From a virus: DNA of 32,000 nt. Shown here one piece after another: positions 26,245 through 32,000 of this stretch. Location of the stretch: positions 47,703 through 79,702 of the IMG/VR virus record IMGVR_UViG_3300029740_000215; one strand, written 5' to 3'. The notes below the pieces were generated by a model. It saw only the letters and a list, made by a program, of their open reading frames with translations, was not told the DNA's origin and ran no database searches. Position 1 is the first letter of the stretch. Every line of letters starts with the position of its first letter. A program made the translations under genes and the position numbers.

Positions 26245-26761
26245 TTTCGCTATTCTCCTTAGCTCTGGCTTTTACGTTATACTGGTAAATCCCATTTTGA
26301 TGAAGGATAAGGTAACCTAGTGAAGGGCTGATATTTACCTCCCTGCTCAACTCGATAATCGATTTTCGAGGATTTTTCTTGTAAGCATCAAGAAAAGTTT
26401 GGTTCCGCATCTTTTTCTCTTTTTTGAGAGCCGTTTCAATATGATTGTATTTTTGGCTTTCGTACTCTCCGCTCGAATGCAAGATTGCATAAATACGCTG
26501 CATGGAAATGCCGTACATCTTGCCCAATTCTCTGGCCGTCATACCGCCTTTATACTGTTTAACAATTTGCTCATTTCGAGTGGTAAGTCTCTTCCTCTTT
26601 TTTTCAAAATAACGAGGCGGCTCCTGCGTACCTTTTAGAATCTTGTAGCACATCGTTCCTGAAAGATTATATTCCCTCGCGATTTCTAAAATCGGCTTTC
26701 CATTTTTGTAATCTTCGATGATGCTTTTATTGCGGTTCATGCGTTCTTCTTTGTTTGACAT
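26234..26761 (-). CDS. repeated-HTH protein (3 modules)
   Basis: KPILEIAREYNLSGTMCYKIL, MTARELGKMYGISMQRIYAIL, KSIIELSREVNISPSLGYLIL; start refined. Confidence 0.75.
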   Translation of the reverse strand: MSNKEERMNRNKSIIEDYKNGKPILEIAREYNLSGTMCYKILKGTQEPPRYFEKKRKRLTTRNEQIVKQYKGGMTARELGKMYGISMQRIYAILHSSGEYESQKYNHIETALKKEKKMRNQTFLDAYKKNPRKSIIELSREVNISPSLGYLILHQNGIYQYNVKARAKENSENAD

Positions 26762-26873
26762 AAAGCCTCCGATAAAAAGAAAGAGCAGGTTCAAAACTGA
26801 GCCCGCCCTAGCCTTTCGGTCGGATTTTGCCCGACCAACGATGTTTTTTGATGCCTTTCGTTCTATATTTTGT

Positions 26874-26901
26874 ATTATATGCAATTCGCACAGATGCACA
26901 A
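26874..26901 (-). promoter_or_regulatory. promoter motif TTGTGC-16-TATAAT
   Basis: Minus strand TTGTGCATCTGTGCGAATTGCATATAAT. Confidence 0.6.
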
Positions 26902-26943
26902 TGTTTTTCTTTCTGGTAATTTATGGTAAGTATTGTGCAAAAA

Positions 26944-26978
26944 AATAAGACCACCACCCTTTTTGGGGCAGTGGTCTT
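26944..26978 (-). terminator. terminator-like hairpin AAGACCACTGCCCC...GGTGGTGGTCTT + T-tract
   Basis: Inverted repeat and ATTTTTTT on minus strand after CDS 27000-27449. Confidence 0.65.
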
Positions 26979-26999
26979 GATTGCTATTGCTTTTGAAAA

Positions 27000-27449
27000 T
27001 CAATCCAGTAGTTTTCCGGCCTTGTATGAGTGGTACAAATAGCTCGGATTACAATAGTAAGTTGCAGTATTAAAATCTGAGATGTCATCGCTAATGAACG
27101 AGGAAAATACATCAATTACATCCTGGACACTAGGAGTGCTAGTACAGTCAAAGATGATGCGCTGGTACACTTTTCCGATATCTGTATAAGATGGAACCTT
27201 GTAATGGCAGTTAGACACCGTATCATACGTTCCTTCCGGCACAGGAAAAAGCTCACAAATTTCATCGGCAGATTGCTCAAAGCTCTGGCAGTGAAACACA
27301 TCCGCTGAGTCGAGAATTGCCTTGACTCCGTTTGTGCCAAGAGCAGAAACCACATCCTTGCGATGATTCCTCGTAACGCGGCCGATATATTCAATCAGGC
27401 TGCAGGTATAAAAGACATCGTTTTTGCTGTAGGTTGCAGTTTCAGTCAT
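27000..27449 (-). CDS. DUF3791-like partner protein
   Basis: FYTCSLIEYIGRVTRNHRKDVVSALGTNGVKAIL... layout resembles DUF3791; start overlaps stop of 27446-27898. Confidence 0.45.
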   Translation of the reverse strand: MTETATYSKNDVFYTCSLIEYIGRVTRNHRKDVVSALGTNGVKAILDSADVFHCQSFEQSADEICELFPVPEGTYDTVSNCHYKVPSYTDIGKVYQRIIFDCTSTPSVQDVIDVFSSFISDDISDFNTATYYCNPSYLYHSYKAGKLLD

Positions 27450-27898
27450 ACTTCAATCGCCTCCTTAAAAGAGAGACATTTCAAAGCGACTTCCGTGTGA
27501 AAGCTGATTTGATGCGTGGGATGCTTGAATTTTGCCAACGCCCAAAAAGCTTCACGGCTAATATCACCGCTTAGAAAGTCGTTGACGTAGTTCCAAATGG
27601 TGTCATCCGCCATGGGTCCTTCCACAATATCATAGTCATGATGTTTGCCCGAGCGACATATAGCAATAAAATCAAGCCACTCATCACTCATTTCGGGGAA
27701 TTTCTTAATATTTAGCATAGGAGATTCTGTATATTCAAACACGTTGACAATACCACGAGACCTGCCTTTTTTTGACCAGCGAGCGGCTTGTTCGTAGTTG
27801 TTAGTGCAATAGAATCCCCATGAAAAATCTTTGGCGTACCTTGTTTTTCTGACCTCAGGGTTGCGGACTATTACATCGCTGCCATGATACAGAACCAT
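27446..27898 (-). CDS. DUF3990-like ADP-ribosyltransferase-fold protein
   Basis: MVLYHGSDVIVRNPEVRKTRYAKDFSWGFYCTNNYEQAARWS pattern. Confidence 0.75.
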   Translation of the reverse strand: MVLYHGSDVIVRNPEVRKTRYAKDFSWGFYCTNNYEQAARWSKKGRSRGIVNVFEYTESPMLNIKKFPEMSDEWLDFIAICRSGKHHDYDIVEGPMADDTIWNYVNDFLSGDISREAFWALAKFKHPTHQISFHTEVALKCLSFKEAIEV

Positions 27899-28019
27899 TA
27901 TTATCACTTCCTTGTATATATTATACTTGTTTTTATGTGTCAACACAATCATTTCGTATGATTTTGGTTCCTACGCTTTTTGCTGAAAGAACCCGAATCA
28001 AAGTTTCGTTCTAGGAGTA

Positions 28020-29453
28020 TCAGCTGTTCGATTCACCCGGCAGCCACTGCTGAGGATAAGCGCGAAGCAGATTTTTCGGTACGCAGTCATTCAGAGCGGA
28101 ATTCTCAGCAAGAGCCATATCAATGATGTAGTAATCATTGCCGTTGCGCATTACATCGACGCTCCACTGCCCTGTCAACTCAATGCGAGGAATAACCTTC
28201 TTCAGCTCAGCCAGAACAGTTTGAACGCTTTCGTGGTAACGCTGGTTCAGAATGTCTTCATGCATCTTGTAGACAACATAATCATGGCGTTCCTGTGGGC
28301 TGCTGACTTTTTTGAATTCGTTCTTCATAACATCGCTGCGCCAATAAGGACTTGCGCCAAGGATTTCCTTTGTATCAAAATCCACAAACACGCGATATTC
28401 AGTGTGCAGCGGCAAACCGTTGTAGATGGTGGGGTTATTTTCTTTGTCCTTGATGTATTCTCTGACGACCCACTCGTTCGTGGTGTTCGCGCCGTAGAAG
28501 CAGCGATTGTTCAGAGGGGATGCCATCGAGCATGTCAGATGATTCAAAAACAAGAAATACTCGCCCATCTCATTGATTTCCTTCGGGTTATGGATATGAG
28601 CGTTGCGGAATTCGTATTTGGAAGAATACGTGCCCGTTTTGATAAAATAGTCTTCGTATCCATCAAGATGGAAGACTTTCTGGCAATAACGGTTCACGAT
28701 TTCCTTTGTAACGGGATTCAACGTCTCGAAACCAAGGCGGGTAAGCTGCAGCATGGTGATAGGTACGCGAAGAATTTTTGTGTCCGGAACCTTGAAAAAT
28801 GCGCTGCCGTACAATCCCTCTACCAGAGGAGGAAACCAGAAGCCCATAGAGTTGGGGTTCATCTCAAGCATCTGATAAGTGAAGTCATCAAGGTCGAGGA
28901 TGTCAAGACCTTGACGGAACATGTTGTAGTAGAACATTTTTGTGCTGTCGTTCTTTGCATTCTTGTAGCCTGCGTAGTTTTGAAGCAGTTCCTTGTACGA
29001 CGGCTCAGAAATGTCAATCTTCATCAACTTTCCGGTGAGCTGCGGACGGAGTTCTTCGGGGTAGCGTTTCAACTCTTCGTTTGTAACCTCTGTCATAAAG
29101 TCGCGGTTGGCAGAGTATGTCACATAATAGCCACCGCGTTCCGCGTTGTAGATGTACAGACGCGTTTCAAGCACCAGTTCTGTGACGATGCGGTCAATAA
29201 GCGAATTGAGTTCCGGTGGGAAGTAGACCTTTTTGTCGAGAATTGCTTTGACTGTAGCTGTATCCCACTGGAGCATATTTTCATGCAGCTCTCCGCTTTC
29301 AAGAACCTGTGTCTTATAGACCTCATCAAAGGTTTTGAGGGCATCAGGGTCAGTTTTGAGCATTGCTGCAAGCTCCTCATAGGAAAACGGCTTATCTTTC
29401 TTATCGGTTAAGATGGCGCTGATTTGTTCAAACATGTCTTTTGTTTCAGTCAT
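28020..29453 (-). CDS. ATP-grasp-like protein
   Basis: TEYRVFVDFDTKEILGASPYW ... QWSVDVMRNGNDYYIIDMALAENSAL resembles the metal-binding end of ATP-grasp enzymes. Confidence 0.55.
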   Translation of the reverse strand: MTETKDMFEQISAILTDKKDKPFSYEELAAMLKTDPDALKTFDEVYKTQVLESGELHENMLQWDTATVKAILDKKVYFPPELNSLIDRIVTELVLETRLYIYNAERGGYYVTYSANRDFMTEVTNEELKRYPEELRPQLTGKLMKIDISEPSYKELLQNYAGYKNAKNDSTKMFYYNMFRQGLDILDLDDFTYQMLEMNPNSMGFWFPPLVEGLYGSAFFKVPDTKILRVPITMLQLTRLGFETLNPVTKEIVNRYCQKVFHLDGYEDYFIKTGTYSSKYEFRNAHIHNPKEINEMGEYFLFLNHLTCSMASPLNNRCFYGANTTNEWVVREYIKDKENNPTIYNGLPLHTEYRVFVDFDTKEILGASPYWRSDVMKNEFKKVSSPQERHDYVVYKMHEDILNQRYHESVQTVLAELKKVIPRIELTGQWSVDVMRNGNDYYIIDMALAENSALNDCVPKNLLRAYPQQWLPGESNS

Positions 29454-29476
29454 TTGTGGTCTCCTTTTCTAAAAAA

Positions 29477-29504
29477 GCCACCGTTTCTGTAGGAAAACAG
29501 TGGC
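29477..29504 (-). promoter_or_regulatory. leader hairpin GCCACTGTTT-TCCTACAG-AAACGGTGGC + T6
   Basis: 24 nt upstream of ATG of 28020-29453. Confidence 0.55.
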
Positions 29505-29523
29505 AATGTATAAGTAATATGGT

Positions 29524-30273
29524 TTAGCTTGCAATGTACAACTCGCTGTTGGAAATGTTCTCCAGCCAGTTTTTGTTCATTACATTACCAAAACGATATT
29601 TCTTCTGCGACTTGTAGGACCAATCGCAGCCGGAAACGACATCACCGATGGCGTTCAAGTACAGCTCGCCGCTGTAAAAGTCGATATCGCCGGTTTTGTT
29701 GAATTCGTATTCGAGCTTGTCTACATGAGGTTCACGCTTCTTATAGATATTCGAATCGAGATTCTTAGCACGCCCTTCGTTCAGTAAATAAGCCAGATGA
29801 AAGTCCGTTACCTTATCGTTACGGTTATATTTCAAGCCACTAAGGATACTTTTACTTTCATACGGGATTACTTCGTGGAAGTTATCACTGCTGATGCAAA
29901 GGCCGCACATATAGTCATCTTTTTCATCGCAGTAGGCCCACCACTCCAGACTCGCCATAGCAAGGTCAGCCATCTTATCGACAGCTTTTCCGTTAGTGAC
30001 CATGTAAAAGCTTCCAACGGCGATACCGCGCTCTTTGACAGCTTTCAAGGTGTATCGAATTGCCGGTATATTCAGAGAGATTTCCCCACCGGTAAAGGTA
30101 AGAGAGCTGATATAAGCTCCCTTCTCAAAGCTGTCGAGAAAAGCATCGATGTACTTCTCCTGAATATCGATGCTTTCGGCATCTCCGCGCAGGCAGTGCG
30201 CACAGCACATATTGCACCGGCGCGTAACTTCTATGAATACGTTGTTTGCGCCATAAATACGCATTTTTTTCAT
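29524..30273 (-). CDS. radical SAM protein
   Basis: IEVTRRCNMCCAHCLRG (CX3CX2C), LTFTGGEISL; start at MKKMRIYG. Confidence 0.85.
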   Translation of the reverse strand: MKKMRIYGANNVFIEVTRRCNMCCAHCLRGDAESIDIQEKYIDAFLDSFEKGAYISSLTFTGGEISLNIPAIRYTLKAVKERGIAVGSFYMVTNGKAVDKMADLAMASLEWWAYCDEKDDYMCGLCISSDNFHEVIPYESKSILSGLKYNRNDKVTDFHLAYLLNEGRAKNLDSNIYKKREPHVDKLEYEFNKTGDIDFYSGELYLNAIGDVVSGCDWSYKSQKKYRFGNVMNKNWLENISNSELYIAS

Positions 30274-30290
30274 AATTATGGAGCAGGACA

Positions 30291-30321
30291 CCCCATCTAT
30301 AGCCGTAAGGCTTAGGTGGGG
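30291..30321 (-). repeat. right-end-like hairpin of second IscB element
   Basis: CCCCACCTAAGCC-TTAC-GGCTATAGATGGGG on minus strand, 3' of iscB. Confidence 0.55.
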
Positions 30322-30382
30322 AGGAATGCGTTTCTTAGAAAAGACTAAGATACAGCATTTCCTGCTTACCTCCTTTCAACAT

Positions 30383-31753
30383 TTAAATGATTTGTATCCA
30401 TGCTCCCGCATGGCAAACAACTTGAACTTTGGAAATTGCTACGGACTTACTTTTCCCATTAGCAGGAATCAAAAGTCTTGTGCCTTTGTTATGGCACCCG
30501 CTTGTAATGTATGTTTTACTTTCGAGACGCACAGTGTCGTATGGCTGAATTGCATAGCGTTGTCTTCTTATAGAGCGACGCCCCTTCGACACCTTTTTGC
30601 TGCGGTACTTGTGCAGGTCTTCAGAATCCTTTTTGTGATTACGGCTAATTCTGCCGTTAAAAAGTTCTTTACCTTTTGCTTTGTTACCGGTGCGAGCGTC
30701 AATATAAGTGGCATCATAGAACTTTTCCAGCACACGATTGTTTCTGCGTCGTTTTTGGTAATGCCTAAACACGCAACGATGTACCGGATGATAATCTCCC
30801 ATTGCATACGCATCATTGCTGTGGGTTTTCTCTATGCCAAGAATGATTCGCTTTTCCTTTGTCATCGCACCATAAGTGATGGTCACAAATTCCTTACCGT
30901 ATGTGGCGTGCAGTGCATCTACTATCTGCCAGCGAACAGCGTTCATAAACGCTGCACCTGAAAGATTGGCAAATTCTTTATCTTCGCCAAAACCGAAGAG
31001 CTTGCCACCTTTTTGATGATTTGCTGGCGTGTGGCATTTTTCACACGCTGTAACCAACTCATCAAGCTGGTAGCCGTGCCTTCCTTTCCAGTAGAACATG
31101 TGGTGCATATGTAAAATGGCACCATCCGCGATTTTGCGTCCACAAACTTGGCAGGTGTAATTATCACGGTAGAACACTGCCTCACGCAAGGTTGCCAAGT
31201 TGTAGCGGGGACCTTTCTGGTAGTCTACACCTTCCGGTTTTGATTCGACTTTCTGGATGGCTTGCAGCAACATTGTGTCAAAAGAACCAACTTCAACCGT
31301 TGCATGAGTAATCGGGATTACAGATACATACCGTTCGACAAGACGGATATTCAGCTGCTTCTTATGTTCCAGAGAAGGTGCAAGCCAACCCTCGCTGCGC
31401 TTGCGATTATCGAAGCGCGGTTTACGGTAACGCAGTCTGTTTCTGCGGGTACGGCGATACTTGCGGCAATCATCGTGATGTTCCTTCTCATCTTGCAATG
31501 TATCATACTGGGCAGACACATATTCGTGGGATTCGCTTTTCACGCTGATGCCGATGTAGTTGTAGCCCACATCTTCGCAGATTTCGATGGGTTGTGTGTT
31601 TGTTTTGCTGTCATACAGCAGCTGGATGGTAAAGGGATGATGCTTAACGATTTTTGCTTTTCCGTCTTTCAAGAGTCGGCGTACCTTGCCAAGACGGAAG
31701 GTAGGCATTAAGCGTTCACCACTGTTGCTGAGAACGCAAACGCAAGTGCTCAT
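30383..31753 (-). CDS. iscB: IscB RNA-guided nuclease, second divergent copy
   Basis: CVLSNSGERLMPTFRLGKVRRLLKDGKAKIV; EDVGYNYIGISV; VEVGSFDTMLL; CQVCG...LHMHHMFYWKGRHGYQLDELVTACEKCH; THSNDAYAMG. Confidence 0.9.
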   Translation of the reverse strand: MSTCVCVLSNSGERLMPTFRLGKVRRLLKDGKAKIVKHHPFTIQLLYDSKTNTQPIEICEDVGYNYIGISVKSESHEYVSAQYDTLQDEKEHHDDCRKYRRTRRNRLRYRKPRFDNRKRSEGWLAPSLEHKKQLNIRLVERYVSVIPITHATVEVGSFDTMLLQAIQKVESKPEGVDYQKGPRYNLATLREAVFYRDNYTCQVCGRKIADGAILHMHHMFYWKGRHGYQLDELVTACEKCHTPANHQKGGKLFGFGEDKEFANLSGAAFMNAVRWQIVDALHATYGKEFVTITYGAMTKEKRIILGIEKTHSNDAYAMGDYHPVHRCVFRHYQKRRRNNRVLEKFYDATYIDARTGNKAKGKELFNGRISRNHKKDSEDLHKYRSKKVSKGRRSIRRQRYAIQPYDTVRLESKTYITSGCHNKGTRLLIPANGKSKSVAISKVQVVCHAGAWIQII

Positions 31754-31759
31754 GCAAGG

Positions 31760-32000
31760 TACTCCTTTCGTTAAATAGTAATGAAACTATAAGTCAGGGC
31801 TTGCGCCCTGTGGTCCACTTCGCCAATGTTATGCACTGTTTTAGCCTTTCGGCATGGCAGCCGCACATCTCCTACCCTTAGAGATTTTTAACGTAATACA
31901 TATCAACGGCTTGCGTCATTGACACATACACTGCCCGCAGAGCCCGACACTTGTGGAGCATAATCGGGGTGCCTATATTATGAAGATGATTGCTCATCAA
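31760..32000 (-). ncRNA. putative omegaRNA of second IscB, truncated by window edge
   Basis: Non-coding region directly upstream of iscB with hairpins CAGGGCGCAAGCCCTG and GGCTGCCATGCCGAAAGGC. Confidence 0.45.

Noticed and set aside
28221-29411. Long plus-strand ORF of 396 aa
   Set aside because: Fully antisense to the better supported ATP-grasp-like CDS 28020-29453; repetitive Cys/His/Val-rich composition typical of antisense frames.
30278-30961. Plus-strand ORFs over the iscB gene
   Set aside because: Antisense to clear IscB motifs.

Overview
This 32 kb window looks like an accessory region of a large Firmicutes (Clostridia-like) phage or phage-like element. Nearly all genes are on the minus strand, most are hypothetical, and no structural genes were recognised. 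There is a dispersed set of about 18 minus-strand tRNAs. The most interesting content is a cluster of OMEGA (obligate mobile element guided activity) loci. (1) An intact IscB (11199-12461) has a 276-bp upstream omegaRNA-like block whose outer edge lies inside an interrupted gene. (2) A second, near-identical 276-bp omegaRNA block (10357-10632) has no IscB attached and a different adjacent guide, so it is a candidate trans-acting guide RNA. (3) A second, divergent IscB (30383-31753) sits next to a radical SAM / ATP-grasp-like gene pair. (4) Two TnpB 3'-end relics keep only the C-terminal/reRNA/right-end region (about 9409-9705 on -, about 14497-14615 on +). Other notable content: three adjacent proteins built from about 12 repeated helix-turn-helix modules; an AAA+ ATPase plus PD-(D/E)XK-like nuclease cassette; a DUF3990-like ADP-ribosyltransferase with a small partner; an HD (SpoT/MESH1-like) hydrolase; a recurrent promoter motif with a fixed 16-bp spacer containing TGCGAA; recurrent terminator-like hairpins placed between promoter and start codon; a three-copy covarying stem-loop; and several tRNAs with atypical anticodon or variable loops. 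All calls come from reading the sequence only; no database search or folding program was run.
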